A stretch of DNA of 34,058 nt from Nanobdellota archaeon (GTDB lineage: Archaea; Nanobdellota; Nanobdellia; Pacearchaeales; GW2011-AR1): the NCBI GenBank assembly GCA_038045485.1, contig JBBSYA010000018.1, forward strand, positions 1-34,058, written 5' to 3'. The position numbers and the translations under genes were made by a program. A model generated the notes under the pieces. The model was given only the letters and a program-made list of their open reading frames with translations. It was not told where the DNA came from and did no database searches. This document shows, in pieces, positions 9,443-17,597 of this stretch. How positions within the stretch are numbered: position 1 is the first letter of the stretch; each line of letters begins with the position of its first letter.

Positions 9443-9516
9443 TCAGAAATTTAGTAAATTTCTGAGTATAAAAAATCCTGTTAAGCAAATCCGAAGGATT
9501 TAGTTGATTTTTTATA
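9443..9516. repeat. Structured repeat family A, copy 1
   Basis: Hairpin TCAGAAATTTA-g-TAAATTTCTGA, then outer stem TATAAAAAATC/GATTTTTTATA enclosing AAATCC-GAA-GGATTT. Confidence 0.8.
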
Positions 9517-9547
9517 TCCATGTTTATTTTTCATCAACCTCTTTTTA

Positions 9548-9928
9548 TTATACGTTAAACTCCTGCAATTTAAATTCTTTTCTTATTACTTTTAATAAAA
9601 CACGGATATCAACAGGTTTTTCCAGAGCGCCTATTGCATTTTTAAAACTTTTAATTTTATCTCTATCAATTTCAAAACCACTCATAAAAAGAACTTTTTG
9701 TTTAGGTAACTCTTTAGCAATATCATATCCCTCTTCATCATTGCCCAATCTTATATCTAAAAGAAGTAAATCTGGCTTTTCTTTTTTTGCTTTGGCTATA
9801 GCATCTTTAACGTTATAAGCCTGAAATGTCTTAAATCCATTATAGTCTAAAAGTTGCGAAAGAGAAACCGCAGTTTGAACATGATCATCGATAATTCCAA
9901 TCTTAATATCTGCGGGTTTTTTTGTCAT
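9548..9928 (-). CDS. Stand-alone response regulator receiver (CheY-like)
   Basis: IIDD, phosphoacceptor LLLD, S in FMSG, and KP are all conserved. Confidence 0.92.
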   Translation of the reverse strand: MTKKPADIKIGIIDDHVQTAVSLSQLLDYNGFKTFQAYNVKDAIAKAKKEKPDLLLLDIRLGNDEEGYDIAKELPKQKVLFMSGFEIDRDKIKSFKNAIGALEKPVDIRVLLKVIRKEFKLQEFNV

Positions 9929-9970
9929 ATTATTTTTTATTAACCCCCATTTTAGTTAAAAAATAATCAG

Positions 9971-10043
9971 TCAGAAAATTATTAATTTTCTGAATATGAA
10001 AAATCTTGTACTGCCAAAGCGAAGCTTTTAGTTGATTTTTCAT
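9971..10043. repeat. Structured repeat family A, copy 2
   Basis: TCAGAAAATTA-t-TAATTTTCTGA, then outer stem ATGAAAAATC/GATTTTTCAT enclosing AAAGC-GAA-GCTTT. Confidence 0.8.
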
Positions 10044-10044
10044 C

Positions 10045-10401
10045 TTAACCCACTATTTTCTTTACTCTTTTAAGAAGTTCATTTATATCAAATGGCTTTT
10101 GTATAAAATCAACAATATTTTTAGATTTCATTAAATCTTCTTTTTCAGCTTCAGAGGTTCTAACAACAGAAAGATAAGCAATCTTAACATTACCCAGTTT
10201 AGGAATTACTTCACGAACAGGAGTTCCCGGCATCATAATATCCATTAAGATTAAAGCCGGCTTTTCTCCAGCTTTTATCTTTTTTAAACAATCATCAGCA
10301 TTAACTGCTGTAACGACATCATATCCTGCCTTAGTTAAAACAGTTTTAACTGTACTTCTTATATCTGCTTCATCATCCACAACCATTATTTTTTTTGCCA
10401 T
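10045..10401 (-). CDS. Stand-alone response regulator receiver (CheY-like)
   Basis: VVDDE, LMDIMMP, YLS, QKPF. Confidence 0.93.
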   Translation of the reverse strand: MAKKIMVVDDEADIRSTVKTVLTKAGYDVVTAVNADDCLKKIKAGEKPALILMDIMMPGTPVREVIPKLGNVKIAYLSVVRTSEAEKEDLMKSKNIVDFIQKPFDINELLKRVKKIVG

Positions 10402-10419
10402 CTTAAAATCTTTTATTTC

Positions 10420-10842
10420 TCATTTTCTGCAGTATTTATCATAAGCAGGATAAAGTATACTCTCTTCAATACCCACCCTTCTTTTAACTGTTGTTATAAT
10501 CAAGTCAGCCTCCTTTTTAAATTTAGCATTTTTTAATAAATCTGAAAGAATCATATTATTATATTTTTCAAAGAATATCATTGCAACCTTAGATATTGCG
10601 GTCATTTCTGTTGAAAACTTTTTTCCTAAATTCTGGGCTTCTTTAAATTTAGACATCTCAAAAGAAGGATACAGCATTCTATCTTCTAAGGCTAAATGCG
10701 CAATAAGGAAATCTTTAAGATTATTCAATTCTTCAATTAAATAATTATCTTCTACATCGCCTTTAGCCATCTCATCGCCTATTGCCTTAAAAAAATGCAG
10801 AATTTCAACGTGCTGTTGTTTTAGCTGAACAATTAAATCCAT
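10420..10842 (-). CDS. Hemerythrin-like (HHE cation-binding) protein
   Basis: LKQQH, HLALEDRMLYP and EESILYP repeats of the HHE fold. Confidence 0.85.
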   Translation of the reverse strand: MDLIVQLKQQHVEILHFFKAIGDEMAKGDVEDNYLIEELNNLKDFLIAHLALEDRMLYPSFEMSKFKEAQNLGKKFSTEMTAISKVAMIFFEKYNNMILSDLLKNAKFKKEADLIITTVKRRVGIEESILYPAYDKYCRK

Positions 10843-10859
10843 GTTATTTTTTATTAAGT

Positions 10860-11210
10860 TTATTTAAGTGCTTTTTTTACTTCCTTAATTAAATTAGCGG
10901 GCATAAATGGTTTTTGCACAAACCCATCAATATCTCTCAAATCAACATCACATTTAGGAATAATGGAAACATATATCATTTTAACTTTATGATTAAGTCT
11001 TTCTCTCAAGAGTCTAAGCAAATCATAACCTGAAAGAGTCGGCATCTTTATATCCAATAAGATTGCGTCAGGTCTATTGTCTTTTATGCAGTCAAGAGCG
11101 TCTGCGCCATTATCTGCAGTTAAAATCTTATACTTTTCTTTTTCCAGAACTAATTTCATAGTTTCCGTATCATTTATATCATCATCAATTATAAGTATTG
11201 TTTTAGCCAT
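10860..11210 (-). CDS. Stand-alone response regulator receiver (CheY-like)
   Basis: IIDDD, LLDIKMP, SGYDLL, QKPF. Confidence 0.93.
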   Translation of the reverse strand: MAKTILIIDDDINDTETMKLVLEKEKYKILTADNGADALDCIKDNRPDAILLDIKMPTLSGYDLLRLLRERLNHKVKMIYVSIIPKCDVDLRDIDGFVQKPFMPANLIKEVKKALK

Positions 11211-11356
11211 GTTCTCCTCTTTGAATAATTTATTATGTTTTTCAAACTTTAAAAATCTTCCTCTGTAAAGAGGAATGAGTTAAACACTTAATGTTTAAAC
11301 CTTTATAATACTCGAGTATTAATAACATTTATTAATACTTTAACGTTAAATTACAT

Positions 11357-12742
11357 ATGGCAACAATCCCAAAAATAGGTTTAGAAATACACGGCTATCT
11401 TACTACTAAAGAAAAGCTTTTTTGCAATTGCAAGAACGAGCATAAAAGCAAAGATGCTAAACCTAACACTTTTATTTGCCCAACCTGTACCGGAACTCCT
11501 GGCTCAAAACCAATGCTTCCAAATGAAGAAGCTGTTAAAAAACTCATTCAAATCGCTTTAATGCTTAATTGCAAAGTTAATACTATCGAAAATAAGAAAC
11601 CATTAATCTGGTGGAGAAAACACTATTCTTGGCCAGACCTACCAAAAGGCTATCAAAATACAATTTCAGGAACTTATGCAAATCCTGTTGGAGAAAAAGG
11701 CGAGTTTTTAGGCATTAGAATAACTGAAGTTCATCTTGAAGAAGACCCTGCTGCATGGAATCCTGATTCAGGAGAAATTGATTATAATCGAAGCGGCGCC
11801 CCTTTAGTCGAAATAGTTACAGAACCTGATTTTACGAATTCAGAACAAGTAGAAAAATGGCTTAAAGAAATGATTCTAACAATGTCTTATATTAAGGCAC
11901 TTGATTCTGACGCAGGCATAAAAGCAGACGTTAATGTTTCGATTAATAATGGTGAAAGAGTTGAAATAAAAAATATGAACTCTATTGGAGAAATAAAAAA
12001 AGCAATAGAACATGAAATTAAACGCCAAGAAAAAGAAAAAGTTGAAGGAAGACAAACTCGCCAATGGAATACTTCAAAACAGCAAACAGTTTTAATGAGA
12101 ACTAAAGAATCTCATGCGGACTATCGTTTTATCAAAGAGCCAGACCTTCCAATAATAAAATTAACCAATGCAGAAGTAAATGAAATAAAAAAGAAACTTC
12201 CAGAATCTCCGATGGTAAAACTTGATAAAATAATAAAAAAGCACAAAATTACTGAATATTACGCTAAAATCCTGGTTAGTAACTTAGAAATAATAGAATT
12301 CTTTGAAAAGATTATTGAAAATCCAAAAACTCCGGTTAACCTTGCAGTTCCATGGATTACAATAGAACTTTTAGGAATGCTGAATTATAATAAAAAAACA
12401 ATGGCTGATGTTAACATCCAACCCGCTCATTTTATTGAGCTTCTAAAATTAGTTGATGAAGGTAAACTTACTGAATTAAAAGCAAAAGATATTCTCAGAA
12501 GTTGGAAAGAAAAATCTAGCGAGATTAAGCTTGGAAATATCTCTGCAATTTCAGATAGCTCAGAAATCGACAAAATTGTTGAGTCAGTTTTAGCAGATAA
12601 AAATAATCAAAGAGCCATAGAAGATTATAAATCAGGAAATACTCAAACAATAAATTTCTTAATCGGCGCAGTTATGAAAGCCAGCAACAAGAGGGCTGAT
12701 TTTGCAACTACCAAGAAATTGCTAGAAGAAAAGCTGAAATAA
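11357..12742 (+). CDS. gatB: Asp-tRNA(Asn)/Glu-tRNA(Gln) amidotransferase subunit B
   Basis: IGLEIH, KLFC, CPTC-G-PG, HLEED, DYNRSGAPLVEIVTEPD, RVEIKN, DYRF-EPDL and a C-terminal YqeY-like domain. Confidence 0.95.
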   Translation: MATIPKIGLEIHGYLTTKEKLFCNCKNEHKSKDAKPNTFICPTCTGTPGSKPMLPNEEAVKKLIQIALMLNCKVNTIENKKPLIWWRKHYSWPDLPKGYQNTISGTYANPVGEKGEFLGIRITEVHLEEDPAAWNPDSGEIDYNRSGAPLVEIVTEPDFTNSEQVEKWLKEMILTMSYIKALDSDAGIKADVNVSINNGERVEIKNMNSIGEIKKAIEHEIKRQEKEKVEGRQTRQWNTSKQQTVLMRTKESHADYRFIKEPDLPIIKLTNAEVNEIKKKLPESPMVKLDKIIKKHKITEYYAKILVSNLEIIEFFEKIIENPKTPVNLAVPWITIELLGMLNYNKKTMADVNIQPAHFIELLKLVDEGKLTELKAKDILRSWKEKSSEIKLGNISAISDSSEIDKIVESVLADKNNQRAIEDYKSGNTQTINFLIGAVMKASNKRADFATTKKLLEEKLK

Positions 12743-12780
12743 AAATTTTTAGCAATTTCGTGGGCAGGGGGAAGCAGATG

Positions 12781-13530
12781 CTACTTTTTAGCTATTTTCC
12801 AAAGATGTTCAAAGTAAGATTTCATCTCTTCTGAAATCTTTTTATTCTTTATTTCTACTACATTTGAATTATCTTCCAAATAAAAAAAATAGACATAACC
12901 ATCAAAGATTATTGTTGTAGCTTCTGAAGGTAAGTCTATGAATTTATTTTCCCCCATTTTAGAGAATATTTCCATAAATGGATTATCTTTAAATTTGGGA
13001 TTCCATAAACCCCAACACTTAATCTTTTTTTTGATATTTGCATTAGAAAGTTCTTTTAACAATCTTTGAATTAAAAGATTAGAGCTTTTTGTGGTTATTT
13101 TTGGATTGTTTCCAAGCATATATACAAAAGTTAATTCTTGTTTTTTAATAAGTTCTACAATTTTAAAATCAATACCTAAAAAAGCGTTTTCTGAATCTAT
13201 GTGCTTAACTAAGGTTTCTTCTTTAGACTCCAAAGTTTTAAGTTTGGGTGCAAGAGATAGCAATAACTCCTCTTTGCTTTTAACAACACCAATAATCTCT
13301 ATTATATCTCTTGCATGATAAATCATCTTACTGCCGTCTAGAGATTTAGAAATAAAACCTTTTTCTATCAATCTTTCTAAAACATCATAACAAGTAGATT
13401 TGAATATTTTTGTTCCATTAGCTATTTTATAAGCAGTTATTCCATTATTTTCGACTAAAAACAAGAATATATCTACTTCTTTAGGAGAAAGGCCATATTC
13501 CTTAAGTGTATTCATTATATCTTCTTTCAT
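12781..13530 (-). CDS. TrmB-family transcriptional regulator
   Basis: LKEYGLSPKEVDIFLFL...YDVLERLIEKGFI winged HTH. C-terminal effector domain ends SYFEHLWKIAK. Confidence 0.88.
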   Translation of the reverse strand: MKEDIMNTLKEYGLSPKEVDIFLFLVENNGITAYKIANGTKIFKSTCYDVLERLIEKGFISKSLDGSKMIYHARDIIEIIGVVKSKEELLLSLAPKLKTLESKEETLVKHIDSENAFLGIDFKIVELIKKQELTFVYMLGNNPKITTKSSNLLIQRLLKELSNANIKKKIKCWGLWNPKFKDNPFMEIFSKMGENKFIDLPSEATTIIFDGYVYFFYLEDNSNVVEIKNKKISEEMKSYFEHLWKIAKK

Positions 13531-13570
13531 AGTTTATACAAGAGGAACATTACTTATAAACTTTTACATT

Positions 13571-13590
13571 TAGTCGGAGAAAATAGACTA
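13571..13590. promoter_or_regulatory. Putative TrmB operator between divergent promoters
   Basis: TAGTC-N10-GACTA inverted repeat lying between a minus-strand TATA (~13553-13560) and a plus-strand TTTATAA (~13597). Confidence 0.35.
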
Positions 13591-13625
13591 TTTAGATTTA
13601 TAATGCCCTATTTATTCCCTTATTC

Positions 13626-14060
13626 ATGAAATTACGAACATTATTTCAAAATGCTCTATTGGGGAGTTGTTTAGTAGTTGGTTTAGCAGGTTTAGGAGTT
13701 ATAGCCTGCGCTTCACGTAATATATATAATCAGGTTCTATCCAGTGATGCTAAAAAAACCACACTATTAAATGAAGCTAAAAGAACAGAATTACAATCTC
13801 TTGTAGAAGATGTTTTGAAAAAAGCTGAATTTAAGGATGGAAGGAAGGGTATTTCTTTAGAAGATATGGCTGATATGGCTCCTCGATTAGGTTATACTAA
13901 AAGAATTTATGAGGGTGATAATCTCTTTTTGAATGTCGATGGGCCCTGGGGAGTAATCCCCCCAAAACTTGGTCTAAGGATTGTAAAATCCTACGGGGAT
14001 TATGCTTATGGTATGAAAATCGATGAGCAAAAAATAAGAGATTATGTTGGGTCTCCTTAA
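13626..14060 (+). CDS. Hypothetical protein with N-terminal membrane anchor
   Basis: 144-aa ORF with a hydrophobic N-terminus and a TATA about 25 nt upstream. Confidence 0.65.
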   Translation: MKLRTLFQNALLGSCLVVGLAGLGVIACASRNIYNQVLSSDAKKTTLLNEAKRTELQSLVEDVLKKAEFKDGRKGISLEDMADMAPRLGYTKRIYEGDNLFLNVDGPWGVIPPKLGLRIVKSYGDYAYGMKIDEQKIRDYVGSP

Positions 14061-14068
14061 AGATTAAA

Positions 14069-14371
14069 ATGGAAAGAAAAACTAACGGATATTGGGTAGG
14101 AGGGCAACTAGCAGGTTATGCGATGGAAACTGTAGGGATGGTAGTAACTGCTTTCGAAGCAGCAAAGATTTATTCAGCAGGAAGACTCGATGATCCGGAT
14201 TTTATAATTATTACTTGTTTTGGACTAGGTCTTTATGCTTCTGGAAGATGTTTTTCTGATGACCTGAATAGACAAAGAATAAGAGAAGAATTAAAATTAG
14301 AGGAAAAAGTTAGTCAGGAAAGTTCAGTTAAAATATCTCCTTCTATTTCTGATGGCTCCAGGAGGATTTGA
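14069..14371 (+). CDS. Hypothetical two-TM protein
   Basis: 100-aa ORF 8 nt after the previous gene. Its 3' end overlaps the tRNA on the opposite strand. Confidence 0.6.
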   Translation: MERKTNGYWVGGQLAGYAMETVGMVVTAFEAAKIYSAGRLDDPDFIIITCFGLGLYASGRCFSDDLNRQRIREELKLEEKVSQESSVKISPSISDGSRRI

Positions 14372-14426
14372 ACCCCCATCTTCCGGTCCGAAGCCGAAAG
14401 CTCTATCCGGGTTGAGCTATGGAGCC
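14353..14426 (-). tRNA. tRNA-Arg(UCG), intron-less, CCA not encoded
   Basis: GGCTCCA TA GCTC AACCCGGATA GAGC T TTCGG CT-TCG-GA CCGGA AGAT GGGGG TTCAAAT CCTCC TGGAGCC A folds as a full cloverleaf. Confidence 0.95.
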
Positions 14427-14528
14427 TAAATAGACTTTTACTAATCTACCCAAGATATTAACGTTTAAAAATCTGATTAAGCTCAATATTTTAATAAAGT
14501 TTATAAGAATGATAAACTAACAACTATC

Positions 14529-16133
14529 ATGGCAAAAAAAGAAGCTAAACAATCAGAAACCACAAAGATATTGGAAAAAGGCATCGAAAACATAGTCGAA
14601 CAAATAGAAAAAGCTCCTAAGCAAGAAGTGGGTAAAAAGAAGCCAGTTCAGCCGATAATAAAGGTTGAAGAAAAAGATAAAATAATAACTGAAAAATCTA
14701 AAAACGAATTAGGCATAACTGCAGACAAAGATGACTTTTCAGATTGGTTTACTCAACTGATGATTAAAGCAGAATTAGCCGATTATACTGAAGTTTCTGG
14801 TTGTATGGTTTTCCGTCCAAATGCTTATGCTATTTGGGAAAAAGTTGTTCAAGAAACTGACAAACGATTTAAAAAACTTGGAGTTAAAAATGCATATTTT
14901 CCACTTTTTATTCCCGAAAAACTCTTTAATATAGAAAAAGAACATGTTGAGGGATTTTCTCCAGAAGTAGCATGGGTTACTCAAGCAGGTGATTCTCCTT
15001 TGGCAGAAAGATTAGCAGTTCGCCCAACTTCAGAAACAATAATGTATCCTTCTTATTCAAAATGGATTAGAAGCTGGAGAGATTTACCATTAAAGATAAA
15101 TCAATGGAATAATGTTGTTCGTTGGGAATTCAAGCATCCTGTTCCATTCTTTAGAACTCGCGAATTTTTATGGAATGAACTTCATACAGTTTTAGCAACA
15201 CAAAAAGAAGCCATAGAAGAAGGCGCAGAGATTATTGATGCTTACAAAGAAGTTTGTGAAGACTATATGGCAATTTATGGAATGTATGGACAAAAAACAG
15301 ATTCAGAAAAATTTGCTGGCGCAGTTTTTTCAAGAAAATTGCATTATATAATGCCTAATGGAAAAGTAGCAGAGGGTTCTTGTTTTCATCATGATGGACA
15401 AAATTTCGCAAAACCCTATCATATTGAATTCCTAAACAAAGAAGGAAATAAAGAATTTGGCTGGCAAAATACTTATGCAATTTCAACAAGAATGCTCGGT
15501 GTAATGTTTGCGATTCACGCCGATGATAAGGGTTTAGTTCTACCCCCAAAAATTGCGCCAAATCCGATTATTATAATCCCAATTATTTTTGAAGATTCAA
15601 AAGCACGAGTAATAAAAAAAGCCAAAGAAATAGCTGAAGAACTAAAAGAATTCTCCCCCATAGTAGATGAACGCGAAGATGTTAAAGCAGGTTTCAAGTT
15701 CAATGAGTACGAATTAAAGGGAATTCCATTAAGAATAGAGATAGGCCCTAAAGATTTAGAAGAAAATTCAGTCATAATTTCAAGAAGAGATATCCAACAA
15801 AAAGAAAAAGTAAAAATTTCAGATTTAAAAGCAAAAATCGCAAGAACCTTGGAAGAAATTCAAAAAAATCTTTTTAATAAATCTAAAAAACTATTTGAAT
15901 CTAAAATAAAACACGCACAAACTCTAAACGAGCTAAAAATAGCTATAGAAGACAAAAAAGTAGCCATCAGCCCATTATGTAAAAATGAAAAATGCGAAGA
16001 ACTTTTGAAGTTTGAAACAAAAGGCGCAAAAACTCTTTTTATCGATGATAAAAATCCAGTAAAACCAAATGAGAAATGCATAATCTGCAATGAAAAAGCC
16101 GAATATAACGTTTACATTGGAAAAACCTATTAG
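14529..16133 (+). CDS. proS: Proline--tRNA ligase (archaeal/eukaryal type)
   Basis: FSDWF, LAVRPTSET, RDLPLKINQWNNVVRWE, FFRTREFLW, EKFAGA, GIPLRIEIGP, C-terminal Zn Cys and terminal Tyr. Carries a ~55-aa charged N-terminal extension. Confidence 0.96.
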   Translation: MAKKEAKQSETTKILEKGIENIVEQIEKAPKQEVGKKKPVQPIIKVEEKDKIITEKSKNELGITADKDDFSDWFTQLMIKAELADYTEVSGCMVFRPNAYAIWEKVVQETDKRFKKLGVKNAYFPLFIPEKLFNIEKEHVEGFSPEVAWVTQAGDSPLAERLAVRPTSETIMYPSYSKWIRSWRDLPLKINQWNNVVRWEFKHPVPFFRTREFLWNELHTVLATQKEAIEEGAEIIDAYKEVCEDYMAIYGMYGQKTDSEKFAGAVFSRKLHYIMPNGKVAEGSCFHHDGQNFAKPYHIEFLNKEGNKEFGWQNTYAISTRMLGVMFAIHADDKGLVLPPKIAPNPIIIIPIIFEDSKARVIKKAKEIAEELKEFSPIVDEREDVKAGFKFNEYELKGIPLRIEIGPKDLEENSVIISRRDIQQKEKVKISDLKAKIARTLEEIQKNLFNKSKKLFESKIKHAQTLNELKIAIEDKKVAISPLCKNEKCEELLKFETKGAKTLFIDDKNPVKPNEKCIICNEKAEYNVYIGKTY

Positions 16134-16144
16134 GTTTTTACAAG

Positions 16145-16305
16145 TCAAGAAATCTATGATTTATTGAATAGGTAAGACTTACTAATTAATCCCCCTTATT
16201 TTTACAAGAAGCTTCTTCTATCCCAAACATTATCAATTAACCGGATAAATTTTCCAAACAATCTAAAAATAAATAATTTCTTTGGAAAATTTTAGGTATT
16301 AATTC
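16145..16305 (+). repeat. Composite ~160-bp dispersed element (family A hairpin plus family B hairpin), copy 1
   Basis: TCAAGAAATC-tat-GATTTATTGA ... TAAGACTTACTAAT ... AAATTTTCCAAACAATCTAAAAA ... TTTGGAAAATTTT..TATTAATTC, collinear with 18778-18940. Confidence 0.65.
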
Positions 16306-16369
16306 AATATCAATCAGCAGAAGTTTATAGTAAGGAAGTCTTACGAAACATACATTAAAATTCTAACCA

Positions 16370-17428
16370 TTACTCTTCCTCATCGTCATCCTCTATTCTT
16401 TTAATCTCTCCAAGCAATCTTTCTTTAAAGAATAAAATCTTATCCGCAGGAACTCTTGCGCCAGTAGAATGCTCATGCCCTCCACCAGAAGCGCCATCGA
16501 TATCTTTAATCGCATTTATCGTAGCAGTTCTAATATCTTTTTCCCAGCGCAGAGAAATATTTGAAATACCGCCCTTAGTATAAACAACTACAATAACTTT
16601 ATGGGGATATTTATAGAGTAATTCATTAGCTGCATACTGGCTTATGCTCAAATCTCCTGCATAATTAAAAAATACTATATCTTTCTCGACAAACTCTTCC
16701 GCTTTTTTAATAATCTTTTGATATTTTTCATTAATTTCATTAAATCTTTTTAACAAATTTTTGGTTTTAGAATTTTCCTCAAGCAAATCATAAGGATTTT
16801 TTGCATTAACTAGTAGTTTAATCATAGCAACAACATTTGTAACTGTATCTCTTAATCCAAAACTAAGAATCATAGCCAATTTTCCAAGTCGGCTATTGTA
16901 TACTATATCGTAGGCTTTTTTATATTTATTCTCTATTAATTCAGGATATCTTTCTTTGAGCTCTTCAATATAATCTGGAAGATAAGAATCAGTTATACAT
17001 CCAATTGCAGAAATCCACATATCTTCTTTTCTATTTGTAATCTTATAGCAAAGATATGAAACAGGCTCTATCTTTCCACTAGAATAAAACGTATTATAAT
17101 AATATTGAGCTTTTGATTTAGCAACATTGTGATGATCAATATGAACAACAGGGATATTTCTTTTTTCTGCTTCCTCAATAAAATCGTCATCCACAACAGG
17201 CTTATCCACGATAAAAATATAATCTGCTTGCAATTCTTCAACTCGTTTAAAATAAGTCCCACTTAAACCTGGATGAGATTTAATAGCAATTCCTCTTCCT
17301 CTTCCAATAAATCTCTGCAAAAGCAAAAAACTGCACAATCCATCCGGATCATTATCAAAAAAGAAAACCGGATTTCTCGCATTCTCCAGATGTTCTCTTA
17401 TCTCTTGAATTTCTTTATCCGTCAGCAT
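16370..17428 (-). CDS. DHH/DHHA1 family phosphoesterase
   Basis: DNDPDG, IVD, IDHH, SLR and GGGH motifs. Confidence 0.9.
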   Translation of the reverse strand: MLTDKEIQEIREHLENARNPVFFFDNDPDGLCSFLLLQRFIGRGRGIAIKSHPGLSGTYFKRVEELQADYIFIVDKPVVDDDFIEEAEKRNIPVVHIDHHNVAKSKAQYYYNTFYSSGKIEPVSYLCYKITNRKEDMWISAIGCITDSYLPDYIEELKERYPELIENKYKKAYDIVYNSRLGKLAMILSFGLRDTVTNVVAMIKLLVNAKNPYDLLEENSKTKNLLKRFNEINEKYQKIIKKAEEFVEKDIVFFNYAGDLSISQYAANELLYKYPHKVIVVVYTKGGISNISLRWEKDIRTATINAIKDIDGASGGGHEHSTGARVPADKILFFKERLLGEIKRIEDDDEEE

Positions 17429-17434
17429 TTTATT

Positions 17435-17557
17435 TTAAAATCTCTTATTTAATTTATTAATAATATCAAATCTCAAGAAGAAGTTGCTTCTTACAGATTC
17501 CTGCGCTAAAACTTTTCCCACGATTTCACTAAAGTCTCCAAACTTAACAGATGCCAT
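17435..17557 (-). CDS. Putative 40-aa microprotein
   Basis: MASVKFGDFSEIVGKVLAQESVRSNFFLRFDIINKLNKRF* fills the disA-DHH gap and stops 6 nt before the DHH ATG. Confidence 0.45.
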   Translation of the reverse strand: MASVKFGDFSEIVGKVLAQESVRSNFFLRFDIINKLNKRF

Positions 17558-17597
17558 AATTAATTATTAATAATTATTTCATCAAATTTAATTTCAA

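Noticed and set aside
9443-10043. CRISPR array
   Set aside because: Only two long divergent copies separated by a protein-coding gene, with no regular spacers or cas genes.
9548-11210. Chemotaxis operon
   Set aside because: No CheA, CheW, CheR, CheB, MCP signalling domain or archaellum genes are in the window.
12758-12780. GC-rich GTGGGCAGGGGGAAG after gatB as an att duplicate of the tRNA 3' end
   Set aside because: It does not match the tRNA-Arg 3' end (TGGCTCCAGGAGG) and is too short to support.
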